Shown one piece after another: positions 51,331 to 61,896 of a DNA stretch of 64,000 nucleotides; positions within the stretch are counted from its first letter, which is position 1; every line of letters begins with the position of its first letter. The DNA lies in the NCBI RefSeq assembly GCF_963921235.1, contig NC_086107.1, positions 95,792,001 to 95,856,000 of the forward strand, given 5' to 3'. The stretch comes from Mobula hypostoma. Taxonomy: Eukaryota. Below the pieces are notes generated by a model, which saw only the letters and a list, made by a program, of their open reading frames with translations, had not been told where the DNA came from and did no database searches. A program made the translations under genes and the position numbers.

Positions 51331-52315
51331 AAGACCATAAAATATAGGAGCAGAAGTAGGCCATTTGGCCCATCGAGTCTGTTCAATCATGGGCTGATCT
51401 AATTCTTCTGGTCATCCCAACTCCCCTGCCTTCTCCCCATACCCTTTGATGCCCTGACTAATCAAGAACCCATTTTTCTCTGCCTTAAAAACACCCAATG
51501 ACTTGGCCTCCACAGCCGCTCATGGCAACAAGTTCCACAGATTTACCACCCTCTGACTAAAATAATTTCTCCGCATCTCTGTTCTAAATAGATGTCCTTC
51601 AATCCTGAAGTCGTGCTCTCTTGTTCTAGACTCCCTACCATGGAAAATAACTTAGCCATGTCTAATCTGTTTTGGCCTTTTAACGTTTGGAATGTTTCTA
51701 TGAGATCTCCCCTCATTCTCCTGAACTCCAAGAGCTGCCAGACGTTCCTCATACAGTAACCCTTTCATTCCTGGAATCATTCTCGTGAATCTTCTCTGAA
51801 CCCTCTCCAACATCAGTATATACTTTCTAAAATAAGGAGCCCAAAACAAGTTAAGCATTTATTTAAGGTGAGAGATGAGTGGGACAAGTATTTTCACACA
51901 GTGGGTCCCTGGAATGCACTTCCTAGGTGGTGGTGGGGAGATGCAATGGTCGGGTTTAGAAGCCCTGGCCAAGAGTCCCTTTAATTGGTTCCATTTAATT
52001 AGACTGAGGAGACGGGTGGTGCTAGATTGGAGTGTTGCTGACTGGCAAATCAATGGGTTGAGGTCACTCTTAGACTGGGGTTGTCTGGGACTGGTTGGGA
52101 TGCAGAAATATCAGGATAGGTACTGTCTCCATACTGGGCAGGTTTTAGCCTGGGATCGTGTTCGGCTGTTGGTCTCAGAAGTGGTGGGGAGGGGTGGGGG
52201 TGAGGGTCCCTCTCAGGGTTGTTGATATTAGCGTCCATTATGCTTGGAATTGATTAAAACTTCCTGTTCCAACACAGACTCTCTGAGTTAATAACTTTCT
52301 GCTTTCTTTCCACAG

Positions 52316-52433
52316 ATGTGGTCACTCCAAATGGATTGAATTTGAAGAGATTCGCTGTAATGCATGAGTTCCAGAATTTGCATTCTATAAGCAAGATGCG
52401 GATTCAGGAGTTTATACGAGGCCATTTCTATGG
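52316..52433 (+). CDS. GYS1: GYS1 exon 6 (118 nt)
   Basis: (H)[38 protein letters not shown](G); CACAG| and |GTAAG. Confidence 0.97.
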
Positions 52434-52490
52434 GTAAGAGTGTCTCTTCTATTGTTACTGTCTCTGTGGAGCTGTGGTATTCCTCTAAGT

Positions 52491-52680
52491 CAGGGGTGGC
52501 CAACCTTTTACATTCCATGCATCAATTTTTTCACACATGAGTTCAGATGTGCCATACAACTCTTGTACCCCAACAATTCTTGTAAAAATATGTTAATATA
52601 GAACTTGTACGTGAAAAAATCGCATCTGAACTCGTGCATGAACAGATTGACGCATGGAATGTAAAAGCTGGCCACCCCTG
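52491..52680. mobile_element. hAT (Charlie-like) MITE
   Basis: Long imperfect TIRs CAGGGGTGGCCA.../...TGGCCACCCCTG; 8-bp TSD CTCTAAGT/CTCTAAAT. Confidence 0.85.
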
Positions 52681-53134
52681 CTCTAAATGTCCATCTCCAG
52701 TCTCCTGACTTCACTGTAGACCCTTCAATACATTGCTCCACATGTCAATCCTGTCCAAGGCAGTAATTAATATTTAACAGAGAGCTGGTTGCCAAGTTCA
52801 CAACCTGGTTCTGAATGGCAGTTTGGTTTGTGATTCTTGTTCTCACAGGAAATAATTTTACATAGATTCTCAAGTGCTTTCACAATGTCTGCCTACCTCA
52901 GTGTCGCAAGAGATTCTGCAGATGCTGCTAATCTTGAGCAACACATACAAAGTGCTGGAGGAACTCAGCAGGTCAGCCTGCATCTGTGGTGAGGAATGAA
53001 CAGTCGATGTCAAAATAAGAAATAGAATCAGTTTTATTATCACTGGGGCGTGTCATGAAATTTTTTGTTTTGCAGAAGCAGTACAGTCCAATACATGATG
53101 ATAACACCATAAAATTACAATAAGATGGATAGAC

Positions 53135-53715
53135 TGATAGAGACTTTATTGATCCCAGAGGAAATTGTAGTGTCACAGTGGCATTACAAATGCACAGATA
53201 TAAGTATTAGAAGAGAAGTAGAAAGAATAAAAAATAAAATGTTACCACAAACAGTCTACCAGGAGGGGGTCATCACTTCCCCGGCTATAGGTTGACTCAT
53301 TATAGAGCCTAATGGCCGAGGGTAAGAATGACCTCGTATAGCGCTCTTCGGAGCAGCACAGTTGGCTTGGTCCATTACTAAAAGTGCTCCTCTGTTTAGC
53401 CAAGGTGGCATGCAAAGGGTGAGACACATAGTCCAGACTTGCCAGGATTTTCCGTAGGGTCCTTTGTTCTACGACAACCACCAGTGTGTCCAGTTTGACT
53501 CCTATAACAGAGCCAGCCTTTCTAATGAGTTTATTGAGCCTGTTGGCATCGCCTGTGTTGATGCCATTGCCCCAGCACACCACGGCATAGGAGATTGTAC
53601 TGGCGACAACAGACTGGTAGAACATGTGAAGGAGAAGGCCTGTATACTCCAAAGGGCCTCATTCTCCTCAGGAAGTAGAGACGACTCTGGTCTTTCTTGT
53701 GCACAGCTTCTGTGT
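53135..53715 (-). mobile_element. Rex1/Babar-like LINE 3' fragment
   Basis: FYQSVVASTISYAVVCWG...RLNKLIRKAGSVIG...RSFLPSAIRLYN. Confidence 0.8.
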
Positions 53716-56194
53716 CAATAAGAAATATATGTTTAAAAAAAACAAATTAGTGCATAAAGAGAGTGAAAAATAGTGAGATAGTGTACGTGGCAGTATAATG
53801 ACTTGGGCCAAGACCCTTTATTAATCCATTTCAGAATCAGAATCAGGTTTAATATGACTGACATATGTTATGAAATTTGTTGTTATGTGGCAACAGTACA
53901 TTGCAACACATAATAATAAAAAGTATAAATTATATTAAGAAATATATATTAATTTAATTTTTTTAATATATTTTAAAAAGTTGAATTAAATCAGTAGTGC
54001 AAAAAGAGGGAAAACAGTAGTGAGGTAGTGTTCGTGTGTTTAAAATCCATTCAAAAATCTGATGACAGAGGGGAGGAAGCTGTTCCTGAATTGTTGAGTG
54101 TGCGCTTTCCTCCCTGATGGTAGGAATGAGAAGAGGTGATGGGGGGTCCTTAATGATGGATACTGCCTCTACAGATGCTCCACTATGCTACTGTGGCCCC
54201 CTTTGGTTATCAAAGTTTGTAAACTTTAAGGTGGGTGCAGTTGTTACTGTGAGCAGATACAATTTGTGAGTTGGTAGTTTACTTTTGTTGTAGAATAGGA
54301 TTGAGCCAAGCTGTCAATTTAGCACAAACGTAGGTCTTCAGCCTACCTAATCTGGCATTGACCCTCATTAATCCTATTTCAGTCTTATTCCAATCAACTC
54401 CCTCCTTGCCTGCACACTGGGGCAATTTATAGCTGCCAGTCAACCCATCAGCTGGCACCTTTGCATTATGGGTAAAAAAACAAAGCGTCCAGTGGAAACC
54501 GATGTAGTCAAAGGGGGAATGTGCATTCCACACAGCACACAGTTTAGGATTGAACCCAGTCAGTGAAACTGAGGCAGAAGCTCAACTAGCTGCCAGCGAT
54601 GATAGAAAAAAGGAGAGGGATATGTAGGAAGGAAGTGTCAGATTGATCTTAGAGTAGGTTCAAAGGTCAGCACAACATCCTGGGCTGAAGGGCCTGTTCT
54701 GTGCTGTTATGTTCTATAAACCTAGAGTTCAATATTAAGGCTGCACTGTGCCCAGGTGGAGTGTGAGATGTTGTTTCCTGGGCTTGCGTGGGTCTGGTTG
54801 TAACAGAGCAGGAAGTCACAGACAGAGAGAACAAAGTGAAAGTGGAATGGTGAATTCAAATGGCCTCTGTGGATAAGGACAGGTGCTGAACAGTGTGATC
54901 ACCCAGCCCGCATTTGTCAAGGAAACCACACTGTGATGCAGTGCATTGAATGACCATAAGATACAGGAGCAGAATTAGGCCATTTGGCCCATCGAGCCTG
55001 CTCTACCATTTTATCATGGCTGATCCATTTTTTCCTCCCAGCCCCATATCCTTTCATGCCCTGACCAATCAAGACTCTATCAACCTCTGTCTTAAATATA
55101 CATAAAGACTTGGCCTCCACAGCTGCCTGTGGCAACGAATTCCCCAGAGAAATTCCTCCTCATCTCCATTCGAAAAGGACACCCCTCTATTCTGAAGTTG
55201 AGCCTTCTGATATTAGACTCCCACCATAGGAAACATCCTCTCCACATCCGCTCTATCAAGACCTTTCACCATTCGACAGATTTCAATGAGGTCACCCCTC
55301 ATTCTTCTGAATTCCAGTGAATACAGGCCCAGAGCCATCAAACGCTCCTCATATGACAAGCCGTTTGATCCTGGAATCATTTTCATGAACCTTCTTTGAA
55401 CACCCCTCCAATTTCAGCACATCCTTTCTAAGAAAAGGGGCCCAAAACTGCTCACGATACTCTAAGTGAAGCCTCACCAGTGCTTTATAAAGCCTCAAAG
55501 TTACATCCCTGCTTTTATATTCTAGTCCTCCTCAAATGAATGCGAACATCCCATTTGCCTTCCTCACCACCAACTCAACCTGCAATTTAACCTCTAGGGA
55601 ATCCTGCACAAGGATTCCCAAGTCCCTTGGTGTCTCAGACTTTTGTATTTTCTCTCCATGAGAAAATACAAAATGAGAAGAATACAAGTTAATTCCTGCT
55701 TTACCTGGGGAGAACATTTGGTCCTGGGGTGGTGGGAAGAGAGGAGGTGAAAGGGCAGGGTTGTACGATGGGGAGTGGTTGGTGGGGACAGAAAAGTGTG
55801 CAATGGAGTCACAGAGGGAGTGATCCCCGTTAAGTGCTGGAAGGGAAAGAGAATGTATCCAGTGATGGAATCTTGTTGGGGCTGGTGGATGTTGTGAAGG
55901 GTGCTCCTGAGGTCAGCGCCGTGCCTCGTCCCTCATCTGTTTACCTCCACCTTACTCAACTTTCCCCTCTGATCATCGCTCTGTGTCCAGCACAGCGCAA
56001 GTTCCACCACTTCTTCCTCGACTGTGCCTGTACTGGCGGAAGTAAGGTCCGGTCCGTAGCATCCCGGTAGCACTCAAACAGAGGAGCTCTCCGAGCAGCG
56101 GGAAATGCTCCTGAGTTTGCAGTCACGGCAAATAGAATTAATTGTCCAAGCAGTGAATACTAAACCTTAACTGGCTTTCTTTTGATTTGTTTAG

Positions 56195-56315
56195 CCATTT
56201 GGATTTTGATCTGGATAAGACCCTATATTTCTTCATTGCTGGCCGTTATGAGTTCAGAAACAAAGGGGCCGATATATTCCTTGAGGCCTTAGCACGACTC
56301 AACTATCTCCTACAG
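56195..56315 (+). CDS. GYS1: GYS1 exon 7 (121 nt)
   Basis: [45 protein letters not shown]| and |GTGAG. Confidence 0.97.
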
Positions 56316-56594
56316 GTGAGACCCCTCTCTGACTCTGTGTGAAACAATGTGTGATTCTACTGGTGAGCAGAGGTGGAGGGTACATCTCTCATTATGCCTT
56401 CATTGATCCCGGGAGTAAGAAAAGGAGTCTGGAGAGAAAGACTTCAGCTTTATCTGTAAACAAAGCAGTAACTGGGCAATACTGTGACATGCAAATACAT
56501 CGCAGCAGATTGTCAACAGCAACTCCAAAGCCACCACAGAGAAGGACAAGGACAACTGAGGCCGGGAAGGACCATCACCTGCTAGTTTCCCTAG

Positions 56595-57235
56595 CAAGGT
56601 TGAGGGGGTGAACAGCTTTAAGTTCCCTGGCATACACATCACCGAGGATCTCACATGGTCTGTACGTACCGGCTGTGTGGTGAAAAAGGCACAACAGCAC
56701 CTCTTTCACCTCAGACAGTTGAAGAAGTTTGGTATGGGCCCCCAGATGCTAAGAACTTTCTGTAGGGGCATAACTGAGAGCATTCTGACTGGCTGCATCA
56801 CTGCCTGGTATGGGAACTGTACTTCCCTTAATCACAGGACTCTGCAGAGAGTGGTGCGGACAGCCCGGTGCATCTGTAGATGTGAACTTCCCACTATTCA
56901 GGACACTTACAAAGACAAGTATGTAAAAAGGGCTGAAGAATCATTGGGGACCTGAGTCAGTCCCACCACAAACTGTTCCAGCTGCTACCATCCGGGAAAC
57001 AGTACTGCAGCATAAAAGCCAGGACCAACAGGTTCCGGGCAGCTTCTTCCACCAGACCATCAGACTGCTTAATTCATGCTGATGCAACATATTTCTATGT
57101 TATATTGACTGTCCTGTTGTACATAATATTTATTATAAATTACTATAATTTGCACATTGCACATTTAGACGGAGACGTAACGTAAAGATTTTTACTCCTC
57201 AGGTATATGAGGATGTAAGTAATAAATTCAATTCA
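56595..57235 (+). mobile_element. Rex1/Babar-like LINE 3' fragment
   Basis: SFKFPGIHITEDLTWS...VVKKAQQHLFHLRQLKKFG...ESILTGCITAWYGN. Confidence 0.8.
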
Positions 57236-58335
57236 ATCCATACCCCACAGCACCTTGACTTGGAAACCCTCACCCTTGCTGGGTTTAAATCCTGGAAATT
57301 TTCCTTCCCTCCCCCCCACCTCAAAAACACCATAGGAGCACCTGCACCAGAAGGTCTGTGCCAATGCAAGATGGTGACTCACCACTGCCCCCTTAAGGAC
57401 AGACTGGGATGAAGTAAATGCTGGCCTTGCCCGTGATGAAACAGAACATTGAAAGGAACCAGAAGATCTGCTGAGGAGCTACAACTCATCGAGACATAGA
57501 GTTATACAGCATGAAAACAGGCCTTACAGCCCAGCTGGTCCATGGTGACCAAGATGTTGATTATACTAACCCACATTGGCCCATACCTCTCTAATCTCTT
57601 TCTATCCCTCTACCTGTCCAATTCAGTTTTGTATTTTATAAGTGTTCCTGCCTCAGACACTTCTTCTGGAAACACATTCCAATTACTGTGTGGAAACCAC
57701 GCCCCACATGTCCCTTTGAATCTTTCCCCTCTCACCCTAAACCTATGCCCTCCAGTTACTAATTCCTCAATGTTGGAAAAAAAATTCTGCATTGTGCTCC
57801 AAAATTTTCTTTCTTTCTTTTTCAATCTTTTTATTAATTTCAGCATCATAAACATTACAGAAAATAGATACAGAGCAATTGGGATTATATTATTGATAAT
57901 TAGTTTATACAAGTATAAACTCAATTGACACATAATTAACGACCCTCCCAAAATCTCACAAAGTACAAATATAATATAGGAAAAATATAAAGTGAAAATA
58001 TAAAAATATCATGAAAAAGAAAAATATATATATATACCCCAAAAGAAAAAAATCTAAACCAACTAGAAGAAAACTAAACTAAAGAAAAAAAAAGAAAAAG
58101 AATGGGCTATTATGATACCGCAGATAAGACCATTAGTGTCGTTAACTCTGCTCCTCTCCCCGTATATAGAATAACAAAATAGAATTAGAAAGGGTCAAAT
58201 TACATCATATGAAAGTATTGAATAAATGGTCTCCAATTCTCTTCAAATTTAATAGAAGGGTCGTAAATGACGCTTCTAATTTTTTCTAAATTTAAACGAG
58301 ACATAGTTTGGGAAAACCATTGAAATGTAGGAGGA

Positions 58336-59610
58336 ACATACATCAAAGTTGCTGGTGAACGCAGCAGGCCAAGCAGCATCTGTGTAGGAAGAGGTGCAGT
58401 CGACGTTTCAGGCCGAGACCCTTCGTCAGGACTAACTGAAGGAAGAGTGAGTAAGGGATTTGAAAGTTGGAGGGGGAGATCCAAAATGATAGGAGAAGAC
58501 AGGAGGGGGAGGGATGGAGCCGAGAGCTGGACAGGTGATTGGCAAAGGGGATACGAGAGGATCATGGGACAGGAGGTCCGGGAAGAAAGACAAGGGGGGG
58601 GGTGACCCAGAGGATGGGCAAGAGGTATATTCAGAGGGACAGAGGGAGAAAAAGGAGAGTGAGAGAAAGAATGTGTGCATAAAAATGAGTAACAGATGGG
58701 GTACGAGGGGGTGGTGGGGCCTTAGCGGAAGTTAGAGAAGTCGATGTTCATGCCATCAGGTTGGAGGCTACCCAGACGGAATATAAGGTGTTGTTCCTCC
58801 AACCTGAGTGTGGCTTCATCTTTACAGTAGAGGAGGCCATGGATAGACATGTCAGAATGGGAATGGGATGTGGAATTAAAATGTGTGGCCACTGGGAGAT
58901 CCTGCTTTCTCTGGCGGACAGAGCGTAGATGTTCAGCAAAGCGGTCTCCCAGTCTGCGTTGGGTCTCGCCAATATATAAAAGGCCACATCGGGAGCACCG
59001 GACTCAGTATATCACCCCAGTCGACTCACAGGTGAAGTGATGCCTCACCTGGAAGGACTGTTTGGGGCCCTGAATGGTGGGAAGGGAGGAAGTGTAAGGG
59101 CACGTGTAGCACTTGTTCCGCTTACACGGATAAGTGCCAGGAGGGAGATCAGTGGGGAGGGATGGGGGGGACGAATGGACAAGGGAGTTGTGTAGGGAGC
59201 GATCCCTGCGGAATGCAGAGAGAGGGGGGGAGGGAAAGATGTGCTTAGTGGTGGGATCCCGTTGGAGGTGGTGGAAGTTACGGAGAATAATATGTTGGAC
59301 CCGGAGGCTGGTGGGGTGGTAGGTGAGGACCAGGGGAACCCTATTCCTAGTGGGGTGGTGGGAGGATGGAGTGAGAGCAGATGTACGTGAAATGGGGGAG
59401 ATGCGTTTAAGAGCAGAGTTGATAGTGGAGGAAGGGAAGCCTCTTTCTTTAAAAAAGGAAGACATCTCCCTCGTCCTAGAATGAAAAGCCTCATCCTAAG
59501 AGCAGATGCGGCGGAAACGGAGGAATTGCGAGAAGGGGATGGCGTTTTTGCAAGAGACAGGGTGAGAAGAGGAATAGTCCAGATAGCTGTGAGAGAAATC
59601 AGCTGTGTGA
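58336..59610 (-). mobile_element. Penelope-like element, same young family, inserted in an L1 fragment
   Basis: Near-identical to 46370-47624; 15-bp TSD TGAAATGTAGGAGGA at 58321-58335 / 59611-59625. Confidence 0.92.
58398..58433 (-). ncRNA. Minimal hammerhead ribozyme motif
   Basis: Reverse complement of the identical 36-mer. Confidence 0.75.
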
Positions 59611-61000
59611 TGAAATGTAGGAGGATTAATCTCTTTCCAATTCAATAGTATAGATGTTCTAGCCATTAGTGTAACAAAAGCAATCATCCGACAAGCTGAG
59701 GAAGTCAGATGATGTTGTTCTATCATTGGTAAACCAAAGATTGCAGTAATAGGATGGGGTTGTAAATCAATATTCAAAACAGTTGAAATGATATCAAAGA
59801 TGTCATCCCACTATTTCTTCAATAAAGGGCAAGACCAAAACATATGAGTTAATGAGGCTATCTCAAAATGACATCTATCACATACAGGGTTTATATGAGA
59901 GTAATAACGAGGTAATTTATCCTTAGACATATGAGCTCTATGTACAACGCATGTTGCTCCAAAATTTTATAAACATCTCTAAAATCACCTTCATTCTCTT
60001 ACACACCAATGAATAACTTCTTAGCCTGAACAACCTCCTTCTATAACTGAGTTCCTCAAGTCCCAGCAACATCCTCTCAAATATTCTCTACACTCGTTCC
60101 AGCTAACTGGCATCTTTCCTGACCAAAACTGAACACAATATTCCAAACACAAACAAGAGAAGGATTGCAGATGCTGGAAATCGAAGCAACACACACAAAA
60201 TGCTGGAGGAACTCAGGAGGCCAGGCAGCATCTATGGAAAGGAGTACAGTCGACGTTAGATGCCAAGACCTTTCCCAAATGTGGCCTCGCCAATCTCTTA
60301 TCCAAATCCAGCACAACAGCCCACCTTCTATACCCAGTGCCTACTGATGAAAGCCAGCACACCAAAGCTGCCTCAGCCACCCTATCTACCTGTGATGCCA
60401 CTTACAGTGATCTGTGTGCTTGTACTTCAAGGTCACTCTGTTCTACAGCATCTTCCAGGGCCCTACCATTCACTGTGAAAGTCCTGCCCTTATTTATCTT
60501 CCCAAAATACAAGCCTCGCTTATCCAATTTAAATTTTATTTACCATTCTTGGCCCACTTACCTCGCTCATCAAGGTCTCTCTTTAATTTCTGATAACTCT
60601 CTTCATTATCCACTCTACTGTCTATTTTAGTGTCGTCTGCAAACTTACTAACCTTGCCTTGTACATTCTTATTCAAATTATTGATATAGTAGATGACAAA
60701 TAGTAGTGGGCCCAGCACCAGCCCCTGAAGCACACCACAAGCTACGGGTCTCCAGTCTAAAGAAACAATCTTCTACCATCATCCTAGAACATAGAACATT
60801 ACAGCACAGTACAGGCCCTTCCGACAGCAATGTTGTGCCAACCTTTTAATCTACTCTACGATCAATCTAACCCTTCTCTTCTACATTTTTCTATCATCCA
60901 TGTGCCTATCTAAGAGTTTCTTAGATACATTAAAAGTTTCTTAAATACCACTAATTTATCTGCCACTACCTCCACCCCTAACAGATTCTATATATATTCT

Positions 61001-61300
61001 ATAGGCATCCGCTAGTCTTGTGAGACCATGGATTTGTGCCTTGGAAGATTTCCAGGGCGCAGGCCTGGGCAAGGTTGTATGGAATACTAGCAGTTGCCCA
61101 TGCTGCAAATCTCTCCTCTCCACACCACCGATGTTGTCCAAGGGAAGGGCATTCGGACCCATACAGCTTGGCACCGGTGTCGTCGCAGAGCAATGTGTGG
61201 TTAAGTGCCTTGCTCAAGGACACAACACGGTCCCTCAGCCAAGGCTCGAACTAGCGACCTTCAGATCACTAGACGAACACCTTAACCACTTGGCCACGCG
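61001..61300 (-). mobile_element. tRNA-derived SINE, family B
   Basis: Inverted homolog of 33002-33322. Confidence 0.85.
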
Positions 61301-61789
61301 CCCTGACAGATAAGACCATAAGATATAGGAGCAGAATTCGGCCATTTGACCCATCGAGTCTGCTCCACCATTTCATCATGGCTGATTCATTTTCTCTTTC
61401 AGCCCCAACCTCCTGCCTTCTCCCCGCATCCCTGAATACCCTGACCAACCAAGAATCTATCAACCTCTGCCTTATCTTTCCATGCAGCTACCATCCTCTG
61501 CTTTCTACCATACAGATCCAATTAACCAGCTCCTCTTAGATTTCATGCGATCTAACTTTTCGTAGCAGCCTACCAGAACCTAATAAAAGCCCATACAGAT
61601 CCTAACAATGGCACAGATAATGCAAGGAAGGGATGATTGCCAAACATCTATGCATTTATTATTATAGCTGGTGTTCTGAGAAATGACGTGAGGCCGTTGA
61701 ATTGTATTTGTCATCAGCCAGGATGCAGTCCATTCATTTCCTGTTCACTTCATGCAAAATGATTCACGTCATTAAACTTGCTGTTTCAG

Positions 61790-61896
61790 ACCCATCAGAG
61801 TGTCGTGACTGTCATTGCATTCTTCATCATGCCCGCCCGGACCAACAACTTCAATGTGGAGTCGCTGAAAGGTCAGGCAGTGCGGAAGCAGCTGTG
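61790..61896 (+). CDS. GYS1: GYS1 exon 8 (107 nt); gene continues beyond the window
   Basis: [35 protein letters not shown](W); TTTCAG| and |GTGAGT. Confidence 0.96.

Larger units (their letters stand above)
57809..59954 (-). mobile_element. L1-clade LINE 3' fragment, interrupted by a Penelope element
   Basis: ORF2 C-terminal Cys/His region (PVCDRC...LTHMFWSCP...ILLNWK...PPTF/QW) split by the Penelope insertion; T-rich tail at left; 14-bp TSD TGCTCCAAAATTTT at 57795-57808 / 59955-59968. Confidence 0.8.

Noticed and set aside
25284..61896. Assignment as liver GYS2
   Set aside because: Diagnostic residues ([39 protein letters not shown]) and linkage to PTH2 favour GYS1.
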